From: a virus
Lineage: Duplodnaviria; Caudoviricetes
DNA: 64,000 bases
Virus record (IMG/VR): IMGVR_UViG_3300034106_004043
Reading direction: 5' to 3' (one strand)
A program made the position numbers and the translations under genes. Shown here piece by piece: positions 26,199-34,591 of this stretch. Within the stretch, counting starts at the first letter, position 1; every line of letters starts with the position of its first letter. The notes under the pieces are model-generated. The model saw nothing but the letters and a program-made list of their open reading frames with translations, was not told the DNA's origin and made no database searches.

Positions 26199-28526
26199 TT
26201 AATGTGAAATTTTTGAAATGTTGTCAGTTTTCGTAATCTTGATAATGTTATCAGACCAGTTTGAAATCATAGGGTTGTGAGTAATAACAAGTATGTTTTC
26301 AAAGTATTCTTTAATCTTAATAAAGAACTCATAAACCATTTCCAAGTTATCGTTAGAAATCTTACCAAATACTTCATCAAATACTGTAATATTTGGTTTA
26401 GGTAATGAACACACTTTAGCCATCACCGCTCTTAGTGCCAGTGAAGCAATTGTCTTCTCATATCCCGAACCTGAAGTCATTAACTTTTCAATTTGAGTAT
26501 TATTGTCTATCATCCAAAATTCTACCTCATTCTTTTCACTAATACGAATTTCCAATCTAAAATAACATGAGTCCTGTAATAGTCGTTGAAGTTCAGAGTT
26601 AATCAAAGGCATCATACTCTTCATAATTCTTTTTGAAATACCGTTCTTACCAAACAACTCTAAATAAACTTTATACTTAACTTCCTTTTGTTGTTCCTCA
26701 GAAATCTTAATGATTAAACTGTTATTAGAATTAATCTTTTCAAGGTTATTAGTTATCTTAAATCTTGAATTGGTTATTTCCTGTTGAACAAGTTGTTCCT
26801 CTCGTTTTAAATCTTCCAATCGTAAGTTAGCCTTAATGATTTGACTTTCAATCTGTTCGTTAGATTTAATAACATCTTGTACATCATCATATCTTTTCAA
26901 CTTATCTAATAAACTTTCCTTTTTTAACTCAAAGTTTTCAATTGTAGCTTGGTATTTTTCATAGACAAGTTTGTTTCTTTCGTACTCATCAAAGTCTTTT
27001 TTAAGTTTAACAAAACCTTGTTCTTTGTCCGATAATTCTTGTATTAAACCTTCAATCTTGGTTTTTTGCCCAATAAGTCCGTCAAGTTCAGCAATTCTTG
27101 ATTGTGTAATTGCCGCATTCATAAGTTCAATACCACAGTGCTCACACTTTATACCACCACTTACTGAACTCTTTAACTTTTGGATGGATGATATGTTAGT
27201 ATCTAACTCAACCTTTTGTTTGTAAGTCTTTTGGTACTCTTCCTTAACCTTATCATGTTCATTTTCATAATAAAACTCAGAAGGTTCAACAATCTTAACA
27301 CCATCTCTTAACTGAACATTCTGTTTGATTTGATATTCAAAAGTTTCAACTTCTTTTTTTGTGTTTTCAGGATTAAGTAATGAAATTTCTCTATCAACGA
27401 CAACTTTTGATTTCAAAAGGTTATCACGATATTCTTGTCCTTTAACAATCCTACCTCTAACATCTTCAATTTTAAATTCACTTTCTACAATATTCTTATC
27501 AAACTCTTGGTTTTTAACCAATAGTTCTTCGTTCTCATTCTTCAATGTTTCAGTATTGTAAATGTTTGAAATCATTGACTTGGAGAACTCTGAATAGATT
27601 TCTTTACCAGTCTCTTCTTTTCTTTTAAGAAAATCTAATCCTAAAAATCTTGATAAGACTTGTCCACGAGCTGTTGGTTTTGCTTCCAACAAGTCCTCAA
27701 GGTTAGTACCAGTGGTTAATATCGTCATCAAGAAGTCTTCATAACTACCAATGGATGTCTTAATAAACTTTTCAGTTTCACGTCGTTGTTCACCCGTAAA
27801 TTTAACCAATGAACCATCAGGAAACTTCTTAAAGAAGTCTAACTCTGTTTTAACATTCCATTCACCTGATTTAGATTTCTTACGTTCAAGTTCACGAACA
27901 ATAATGTAATCTTCACCATCAATAATAATCTCTCCTCTAACAGATACTTTATCTTTGTCAGAATATCTGTTGAATATCTCCTCAGCTTTGTTTGTCTTTG
28001 TTGTTGTATTGAAAAACAAGAACATTAACAAATCCACCGACAACACAGTCTTACCTCCAAAGTTAGGTGGGTCCGATTCAATTACGGTAATCCCACCCAA
28101 CTTTTCAAAGTTTATATGTTGGTTTTCACCATAAGATAGAAAGTTAGAAAACTCAATCTTCTTAATATACCACTTCTTAAATGAAGCAATCTCATCTTGT
28201 TCGGCAATCATCTTATTGTTCACCGCTGAGTCAATCTTCAGTATATCTTCGTAAAGGTTTTCTTGGGATTTAGATTGAAGGATGGACTTAATCAAATCGT
28301 GTTGATAGTTCTCGTCCATAATGTTGATAGTTACATCAACATTGTCTTGTACCTCTTCTGTTTTTTTTAACTTGGTAATAACATTTACGCTTGTAGTTGA
28401 ATACTTTTTTTGAAAGTACGCTTTCACACTTTTTAACTTTTCTTGTGTAAAATTCTCTGGGGTATCTTCCCATACTACTTGTACGTAAGGATTCTCAAGT
28501 TTTGAAAAATCTAAATCTTTTATCAT
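26199..28526 (-). CDS. SbcC/Rad50 (T4 gp46-like) recombination ATPase with an N-terminal extension
   Basis: KKIEFSNFLSYG, Walker A variant PPNFGGKT, zinc hook CEHC, signature SGSGYEK, Walker B VFDEVF, ITH. Start at 28526 or 28568. Confidence 0.9.
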   Translation of the reverse strand: MIKDLDFSKLENPYVQVVWEDTPENFTQEKLKSVKAYFQKKYSTTSVNVITKLKKTEEVQDNVDVTINIMDENYQHDLIKSILQSKSQENLYEDILKIDSAVNNKMIAEQDEIASFKKWYIKKIEFSNFLSYGENQHINFEKLGGITVIESDPPNFGGKTVLSVDLLMFLFFNTTTKTNKAEEIFNRYSDKDKVSVRGEIIIDGEDYIIVRELERKKSKSGEWNVKTELDFFKKFPDGSLVKFTGEQRRETEKFIKTSIGSYEDFLMTILTTGTNLEDLLEAKPTARGQVLSRFLGLDFLKRKEETGKEIYSEFSKSMISNIYNTETLKNENEELLVKNQEFDKNIVESEFKIEDVRGRIVKGQEYRDNLLKSKVVVDREISLLNPENTKKEVETFEYQIKQNVQLRDGVKIVEPSEFYYENEHDKVKEEYQKTYKQKVELDTNISSIQKLKSSVSGGIKCEHCGIELMNAAITQSRIAELDGLIGQKTKIEGLIQELSDKEQGFVKLKKDFDEYERNKLVYEKYQATIENFELKKESLLDKLKRYDDVQDVIKSNEQIESQIIKANLRLEDLKREEQLVQQEITNSRFKITNNLEKINSNNSLIIKISEEQQKEVKYKVYLELFGKNGISKRIMKSMMPLINSELQRLLQDSCYFRLEIRISEKNEVEFWMIDNNTQIEKLMTSGSGYEKTIASLALRAVMAKVCSLPKPNITVFDEVFGKISNDNLEMVYEFFIKIKEYFENILVITHNPMISNWSDNIIKITKTDNISKISH

Positions 28527-28542
28527 TCTAACTTTTGTGAAA

Positions 28543-28725
28543 TTAATTTGCGGGCTGAACAGGTTCATTTGTTTCTACTTCTTCTGTCTTTTCAGAAGCG
28601 GTTTGTCTCATCTTTTCAAACAAATCTGACATTGTTCTTTGATAGCGTCTTTCAGCATGGATGTTTCTTAATTTCCACGCAGCAACCTTCTGCTTGTGGT
28701 TTGGTCTTAATCTTGACTTTGGCAT
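28543..28725 (-). CDS. small basic hypothetical protein (60 aa)
   Basis: ORF track; MPKSRLRPNHK N-terminus. Confidence 0.65.
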   Translation of the reverse strand: MPKSRLRPNHKQKVAAWKLRNIHAERRYQRTMSDLFEKMRQTASEKTEEVETNEPVQPAN

Positions 28726-28745
28726 ATATTTATTTGGTTTTTAAA

Positions 28746-29096
28746 TTAATCTATTTTAGCTGGTCGGTTTACTTCAAACCATTCAATGAAAGCGTTGATA
28801 GCCCATACTGCCCCTGATGCAAATAACCCATCAAAGAACCATGAAATGTATGGACTTGTTCCGAAAAACTGATAAGTCGGTGAGAATAAAACTGTTCCTA
28901 AGAAGAACCCTATCCAAGTGGAACAACACATCATACAGGATAAAATACCTGAAATGAAATTGAATGTGTTTGAAAAAATTAAATCGGAGTTTCCATAAGC
29001 TTTGATGAAATCTCTCATTCCTTTGAAGATGGTTCCATAAACCATAATTGTTGAAAACCCGTAGGCTAAAATCATAAATAATACTAACTGTGTCAT
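28746..29096 (-). CDS. DUF1360-like membrane protein
   Basis: Hydrophobic, with LSCMMCCSTWIG (L.C..C...W) signature. Confidence 0.65.
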   Translation of the reverse strand: MTQLVLFMILAYGFSTIMVYGTIFKGMRDFIKAYGNSDLIFSNTFNFISGILSCMMCCSTWIGFFLGTVLFSPTYQFFGTSPYISWFFDGLFASGAVWAINAFIEWFEVNRPAKID

Positions 29097-29545
29097 ATTC
29101 TGTTTTTTAAGTTTGAATTCTGTAGGTAGAAAGCATAAGAAGTTTTTGTCATATCTTCAAGCTCATTTACCTTTCTTGTTAATTCTTTTATTGTGTTATT
29201 TTTATCACTTAATTGTCTGTTTAGTTCAAAAAGGGTTTCTTGTAGTTTTCCACACTCCACTTCCTTTTTATCTTCCAATTTACCTTTAAGAATGTAAATT
29301 TCATTTTGTAGTTCTTCAATCTTTGAGTTATCTTCAACAATAACTTCCTTCTCAAATTCTCTGTCAATTACATCAGGTAAGTTCCCTTGGTTAAGTAATC
29401 CATATTTTTCAATATAGTATCCTTTACGGAAACATAGTTTAACAAAACCATTAGGGTCAGTTATTTCATTAATCTTACAGAACGAGTTGAAATCCTCAAC
29501 ATCCTGTTTAGATAACTCAATAGTTAACGAATTTTTCTGTTCCAT
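29093..29545 (-). CDS. hypothetical coiled-coil protein
   Basis: ORF track; ATG at 29545. Confidence 0.7.
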   Translation of the reverse strand: MEQKNSLTIELSKQDVEDFNSFCKINEITDPNGFVKLCFRKGYYIEKYGLLNQGNLPDVIDREFEKEVIVEDNSKIEELQNEIYILKGKLEDKKEVECGKLQETLFELNRQLSDKNNTIKELTRKVNELEDMTKTSYAFYLQNSNLKNRI

Positions 29546-30296
29546 TTTCAATATCTTCGTATGAGTTTATTCTAAATGATATGAAAGGTTTTGGGTTGAA
29601 TAAATCCACGGTTGTATACTCATCTTTTTCCACATCATAAATTCCATATCCGTGTTTGGTTACCGTTTCACCATAATTCTGCCCAATGGTTGAACCAATC
29701 ATATAAGCCTTCTTACCACCAGGTATATCAAAGATTTGTCTCTTGTGAATATCACCACATAATACCAAGTCACATCCATCAAACTTTGATGTTTCAAACC
29801 CATCTTCAAACTTAAATCCTAAGTTGGTTGTAAGTCCCTGAACTGGTCCGTGAAATAATCCAATTTTAACTCTATCAGATTTTTCAATCGTAGGTGGGAT
29901 GTTATGGTCCATAAGTGAATACACACACCAATCAATATTTTCATCCTGATATACACCTCTGTTCTTGTAGTAAACCACCATATCATTTTTAAGTGAGTCA
30001 ACCACAGGTGTTAAAGCGTCCAATCGTTCCATATTGTTTTCAAGGAAGTCGTGATTACCAGGTATTAATATTGTTTTAGCAATCTTTGAACACTCCGTCA
30101 ATACCCAAGCGATGAACTCAACAAGTTCAGGTGTCATTTGATTTTTTGAGTGAACCAAATCCCCCGTGAATACAATTCTATCAGGAGCAATATCTTTCCA
30201 TTGTTTAAAAGCTTCTTCTAAAATTGACTTATATAGTTGGTGGTCTTTAAACAACCTAACGTGTAAATCAGAGAAATGAACTAACTTTTTTATCAT
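29517..30296 (-). CDS. SbcD/Mre11 (T4 gp47-like) metallophosphoesterase nuclease
   Basis: SDLH, GDLVH, PGNHD, FHG and GDIH metallophosphoesterase motifs; near the Rad50 homologue. Confidence 0.85.
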   Translation of the reverse strand: MIKKLVHFSDLHVRLFKDHQLYKSILEEAFKQWKDIAPDRIVFTGDLVHSKNQMTPELVEFIAWVLTECSKIAKTILIPGNHDFLENNMERLDALTPVVDSLKNDMVVYYKNRGVYQDENIDWCVYSLMDHNIPPTIEKSDRVKIGLFHGPVQGLTTNLGFKFEDGFETSKFDGCDLVLCGDIHKRQIFDIPGGKKAYMIGSTIGQNYGETVTKHGYGIYDVEKDEYTTVDLFNPKPFISFRINSYEDIENGTEKFVNY

Positions 30297-30526
30297 AGTT
30301 CTAATTTCGGAGATTCAATGTGAAATGGGTTTAATTCTTCATTAACATTACCACAAGCCAAACAAGCGTATGTTGGGAATGGAACAACGGTATCGTCAGG
30401 TGAACCAGTTAATAACTTTGGTACTCGTTTTAGATACGTAATTTCTTTGAACTCGTTATGTTCACATTTGTCACAGACAATAAAGTCCATGTCTCTTAAA
30501 TTAATTTTTGGTTTTTCTAATTGCAT
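30293..30526 (-). CDS. zinc-ribbon protein (77 aa)
   Basis: CDKC...CLAC. Confidence 0.7.
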   Translation of the reverse strand: MQLEKPKINLRDMDFIVCDKCEHNEFKEITYLKRVPKLLTGSPDDTVVPFPTYACLACGNVNEELNPFHIESPKLEL

Positions 30527-30527
30527 A

Positions 30528-30725
30528 TTATTCTTCTATAAACATTATTGTATTACTAATCGGTACTCTAAGTACTGGTTTAGATTTCTCATCAGTTTTA
30601 GTCATTACTTCGTAGTAACCTTCTCTCACCTGTACTGTTGATACGTTTAAGTAATCCTCAAAATGAAGTTGACCTAAATCAACGCTTACTGTTTTTTCTG
30701 TTGTGTTAAATGTTAGTTTTATCAT
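30528..30725 (-). CDS. hypothetical protein (65 aa)
   Basis: ORF track; promoter-like sequence upstream. Confidence 0.7.
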   Translation of the reverse strand: MIKLTFNTTEKTVSVDLGQLHFEDYLNVSTVQVREGYYEVMTKTDEKSKPVLRVPISNTIMFIEE

Positions 30726-30733
30726 AATTTTTA

Positions 30734-30762
30734 AATATATAACTTTTTAAGGTGATTGTCAA
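30734..30762 (-). promoter_or_regulatory. sigma70-like promoter TTGACA-N17-TATATT (also readable as TTTG-N20-TATATTTA)
   Basis: Direct motif and spacing match, 8 nt upstream of the ATG at 30725. Confidence 0.55.
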
Positions 30763-30802
30763 ATTTGGGGATATAAAACCTTTTAATTGATAAATTTAAG
30801 GT

Positions 30803-31753
30803 TTAATGATTGTTTAATAATTTTTCAATTTTAAATATTGATTGGTTAAAGTAATTTTCATCTATCTCACAACCTAAAAAAAGTCTGTTGTTATTTATAC
30901 AAGATATTGCTAAAGAACCGCTACCCATAAAAGGGTCAACTATAATATCTAATTCATTTGTACAGGATAATACTAACCTGTCAATTAGTTTTAAAGGTTT
31001 TTCAGTAGGATGAATTTTGTTTTCTTTCGGGATATAAAAATTTATATCATCAAAAACATCTGTAACACCCATAGGTAAATTAAAAGTATAAACTAAATCT
31101 TCGTACTTGGGTAATCCACCAAATAAAACGCTTAACTTTTCCCAATCTTCTTTTGTTGGTTCTTGTAATTTTTTTTGTTTTTTACCTGCAATTGAGGACC
31201 ATGTGCCGCCCCCGTTTGATGATTTACCTAAATATTCATTAATTTCTTTAGACGTTAAGTTTTTCTCTTCAGCCTTAATTTGTAATAAATCACGAATATA
31301 ACTTGTACTATCTTTTACAAAATAATAAATATATTCAGTCGTTGTTGGGAACATTTTTAATTTTGAAGATACCCTACCAGCAGCACTTTTCATTCCCTTC
31401 CAAACAACAATTTGTTGTCTGAATTTGAATCCGTAAGATTCTATAATAGGAAGTAAATGAGATAACTGATAACTATATCCAAATAGAAAAAAACTTCCAC
31501 TTTTTTTTGTAACTCTACTAATTTCTTTTAACCACTCCGAACACCAATCTTTGTATTCTTCAATACTTTTCCATTGTTTATCCCATTCCTCATCTACTAC
31601 CCCCCAATATGGAGGGTCAGTTATACATGCATCACAACATTCGTCAGATAAGTTTTTAAGAAAAGAAATACAATCTTGATTATAAATTTTGTTCACTTCT
31701 ACGTTTTGTTTCACCTCTTTTTTTTCCATGTGCGGTTTTAAAATTTTTAACAT
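30803..31753 (-). CDS. N6-adenine/N4-cytosine DNA methyltransferase, beta class
   Basis: CITDPPY precedes IVDPFMGSGS; IHPTEKP. Possible start at 31729. Confidence 0.9.
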   Translation of the reverse strand: MLKILKPHMEKKEVKQNVEVNKIYNQDCISFLKNLSDECCDACITDPPYWGVVDEEWDKQWKSIEEYKDWCSEWLKEISRVTKKSGSFFLFGYSYQLSHLLPIIESYGFKFRQQIVVWKGMKSAAGRVSSKLKMFPTTTEYIYYFVKDSTSYIRDLLQIKAEEKNLTSKEINEYLGKSSNGGGTWSSIAGKKQKKLQEPTKEDWEKLSVLFGGLPKYEDLVYTFNLPMGVTDVFDDINFYIPKENKIHPTEKPLKLIDRLVLSCTNELDIIVDPFMGSGSLAISCINNNRLFLGCEIDENYFNQSIFKIEKLLNNH

Positions 31754-32513
31754 TTAATAATGACTCAATTTCATCGTATTGATAAATATCTTTTTTAACA
31801 ATAAAATCTTTAGGGAGGTATCTTTTAATACCTTTTGGTTGTGTAAGTATTTTTTTTGTTAAAACTATACTTGAAACATTTTTTACACTAATTGATAAAT
31901 TAGAATTTTTTTTATTAAATTTTAATTTGAAGCAAGCCTCGTATTTTGGATTACTAGCGTAAAAATCTTTCGAGTAAGGTAAAAAATTTTTACTTTTACT
32001 TTTAGAATCATTTTGAACTTTTAATATTTCATTAAACATTCTATTTTTACTTGAAACAGTAAAAAGTTTTAAATAAAATATTTTATTTGTAGACACATAC
32101 TCACTTGCCTCTAAAATCCAAAAATGATAGTTTGGTACTTTATATTTAAAATGAGCAATAGTGTCAATACCCCAACGAATATCAGTTCTATTCTCATCAT
32201 CACCATACAAAAATTCAGATGAACCACATTCACATTTTTCAGAAAACCAATGACATATTTTACCACAGTTACATTCTTTAGGTTTTATTTTATTAGCCCC
32301 TTTTGTTTCATCACCATTACTATGGTCATTGTCACCAGATGTTTTTCCAGTACCTTTCAAATCATAAATCAAACAACTAAGAGCTTCATAATCTGTTTGT
32401 GCAATTTCTACACCGATTGGTAAATTAAGTTCAATACCATATTTTATTTTTTCACCCCAAGGTTTTGTGATGATTTTTAAAAAATCAATAACTTTTTGAT
32501 AATTTTTTTTCAT
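31680..32513 (-). CDS. putative type II restriction endonuclease, MamI-family-like
   Basis: D-x5-ETK (DHSNGDETK) PD-(D/E)xK-like core, followed by C-x-C...C-x-CGS and D.RW. This is the layout I recall for RE_MamI. It overlaps the methylase gene. Confidence 0.55.
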   Translation of the reverse strand: MKKNYQKVIDFLKIITKPWGEKIKYGIELNLPIGVEIAQTDYEALSCLIYDLKGTGKTSGDNDHSNGDETKGANKIKPKECNCGKICHWFSEKCECGSSEFLYGDDENRTDIRWGIDTIAHFKYKVPNYHFWILEASEYVSTNKIFYLKLFTVSSKNRMFNEILKVQNDSKSKSKNFLPYSKDFYASNPKYEACFKLKFNKKNSNLSISVKNVSSIVLTKKILTQPKGIKRYLPKDFIVKKDIYQYDEIESLLNVKNFKTAHGKKRGETKRRSEQNL

Positions 32514-32517
32514 ATAA

Positions 32518-32525
32518 CAAATATA
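32518..32525 (-). promoter_or_regulatory. Bacteroidota -7 promoter element TATATTTG
   Basis: Exact match 4 nt upstream of the ATG at 32513. Confidence 0.55.
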
Positions 32526-32535
32526 TAACAAAATT

Positions 32536-33393
32536 CTAACTTACCAAATAATCTTTCACATTCATATTCATCACCGTATCAATCACATCTTGTGGTACTC
32601 TGAACTCTTTGAACTCTGAATCCTCTTGCAATAATACAACAATACATCCATATAATTTCATGTTTTCGTATTTTGTCCCTTCCAACATTTTTAAGATTAA
32701 CTTACCGTATAAAGGTAATTGAACATAGTAGTGTCCAAGAGCGGTATTTGGTAGGTTTTGGAATGGTTTATACATAGGTTTTGTAAAGTTATTACTTTCA
32801 AAGTTTTTAGGTTTGTTTGTTTTCCAGTCAGTTATCAATAATCCAAACCCGTCTTTCTTCTTGTTTATAACCAACCACACCTTATCGGGTTGTCCTGTAT
32901 ATCCTAATTCAGGATGACCCAAAACAATCTCCGTGTCTAACAAAACAACTTCACGTTCCTTCATTAGTTTTAGAAACTTAGAACCAGCAGTAATCATACT
33001 ATCACCCTTTAAAATCTGTGTAACATCACAATCAAAAATTGGTTGACGGACTTCTTTATAACTTCCACTACTTTCAATCAACTTCTTCTCCAAAAAGAAG
33101 TGAACCCTACTACCCATATTGGTAGAATAATCACCAGCGGCAGCCCACTCTTTAATCAGTGATTGTTTAATTACAGGATTTCCTTTTGATTTCCTTTCAG
33201 CCGCTTCGTCAGTCGGAAACTCAGGGTAGAACTTCTTCAACACCTTTGATACCGATGGGAAATTATTTTTAACAACCCCATCAACATCTTTCATAAAATA
33301 CGTGTGGGTATCCTCAATAAAGGTTAACTCCAACTCTTGTCTTTTGTTCTCTAAAATTTCTCGTAATTCTAAAGCAATTTCTTTTAATTCCAT
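32536..33393 (-). CDS. PD-(D/E)xK exonuclease (RecB/Cas4-like phage nuclease)
   Basis: GSRVH, TE..L, GQPD, DWKT and YYVQL..Y motifs. Confidence 0.85.
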   Translation of the reverse strand: MELKEIALELREILENKRQELELTFIEDTHTYFMKDVDGVVKNNFPSVSKVLKKFYPEFPTDEAAERKSKGNPVIKQSLIKEWAAAGDYSTNMGSRVHFFLEKKLIESSGSYKEVRQPIFDCDVTQILKGDSMITAGSKFLKLMKEREVVLLDTEIVLGHPELGYTGQPDKVWLVINKKKDGFGLLITDWKTNKPKNFESNNFTKPMYKPFQNLPNTALGHYYVQLPLYGKLILKMLEGTKYENMKLYGCIVVLLQEDSEFKEFRVPQDVIDTVMNMNVKDYLVS

Positions 33394-33394
33394 T

Positions 33395-34291
33395 TTAATA
33401 ACTCATTTCATAAAAATAATCATCTATCTTACCTTTCAAATCTGCAATGTCAGAATCTTTTGGTAGTTTTAGAATCTTCACTCTTCCCCTTAACTTCCCT
33501 CCATTTAGTTGGTTGTAAAGTTTTTGAGCGTCTTTCCAAGCATCAGCGTCCAAACATATAATAACATCTGACTTAGCTTTGGTATATATTGTTTCAAACA
33601 ACAATTCATGTAATACCTTCCCAAGTAAAACAACTGGGTTGGGTGTGAAGAACCCGTCAATCGCACCTTCACATAAGTAAATTGGTTTTTCCCAATCAAT
33701 CAACCTCTCATTGAATATAATTGTCTCCTTCGGGTATTCAGGATTTTTATACTTGTTCTTCGTTTTAAACCATGCTCTTGATATGAAGTAGTTAATCTCA
33801 TCGTCCATACCATATGACGGTATGATAATCCTACCTCCGTAGTCACCATCGGTAGCAAAACCAATATTAAACTTTTCAATCATCTCATCAGTAATACCAC
33901 GTGTCTTAATATATTTTAAAACTTCTCTGTGTGGGATGTGAAGGGGGTTAGCATCCTTAATTGAAATAAATTCTTTGGGGAGTTTTAACTTTTTTAATTC
34001 AACATGTTTTGACTTGTGTTCTTCGGGTTTGAATATGTCGTAAGTTTTCTTTTGGTTTTTGGTTCCAAAAATATCAATTAACTTACCTAAAACCCCGTGT
34101 GTTCCATTTGAGTCTGAACACGACCAACATTTATATACGTGTTCGTTAATATTAATTTCAAGGTTTCCTTTGTTTCTACCTTCATCACAATACGGACAAT
34201 TTATTGAAATCTGACCTTTGGAAGCATAATAATGTTTCTCTTTACCAAATAAGTCCCTAATAATTTCAAGTAAAATTTCATCTTCATCCAT
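33395..34291 (-). CDS. DNA primase (zinc finger + TOPRIM)
   Basis: CPYC...CWSC zinc finger, RIIIP, LCEGAID and LDAD. ATG at 34291. Confidence 0.88.
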   Translation of the reverse strand: MDEDEILLEIIRDLFGKEKHYYASKGQISINCPYCDEGRNKGNLEININEHVYKCWSCSDSNGTHGVLGKLIDIFGTKNQKKTYDIFKPEEHKSKHVELKKLKLPKEFISIKDANPLHIPHREVLKYIKTRGITDEMIEKFNIGFATDGDYGGRIIIPSYGMDDEINYFISRAWFKTKNKYKNPEYPKETIIFNERLIDWEKPIYLCEGAIDGFFTPNPVVLLGKVLHELLFETIYTKAKSDVIICLDADAWKDAQKLYNQLNGGKLRGRVKILKLPKDSDIADLKGKIDDYFYEMSY

Positions 34292-34298
34292 TACCTTA

Positions 34299-34327
34299 AT
34301 AATAAGATAAAAACTTATTGTTGTCAA
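34299..34327 (-). promoter_or_regulatory. sigma70-like promoter TTGACA-N17-TATTAT
   Basis: Direct motif and spacing match, ending 7 nt before the primase ATG. Confidence 0.55.
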
Positions 34328-34353
34328 ACTTCACAAAGTTTTAAACCCTTTTA

Positions 34354-34360
34354 TATTTAT
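34354..34360 (+). promoter_or_regulatory. recurrent TATTTAT motif (putative late promoter); representative copy
   Basis: The same 7-mer occurs in the sense orientation just upstream of genes at 1973, 3597, 20870, 24796, 41453, 44580, 48262 and 62299 (all minus strand) and at 3044 and 34354 (plus strand). Confidence 0.6.
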
Positions 34361-34365
34361 ATCAT

Positions 34366-34587
34366 ATGCCAACAACAATTACGGTTAGTAGTATTACAGG
34401 TTCAACTCCATTTGACATTTATTTATGTATGACTGGTGGAACTCCTTGTTATTTTATTGATAGAATAACTACAGGTGACCTTCCGTATAATTTCACTGTC
34501 CCAACTCCTATCCAAGAATTAAACGGATATGATTTAAGGGTAACTGATTCAGTTGGTTGTATAATAACAGGAACAACAAGTATTTAA
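34366..34587 (+). CDS. small Cys-containing protein, paralogue of 44627..44905
   Basis: Shared pattern I.G..PF..Y.C..GG..C...........VP.........L...DS..C. Confidence 0.75.
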   Translation: MPTTITVSSITGSTPFDIYLCMTGGTPCYFIDRITTGDLPYNFTVPTPIQELNGYDLRVTDSVGCIITGTTSI

Positions 34588-34591
34588 AAAA

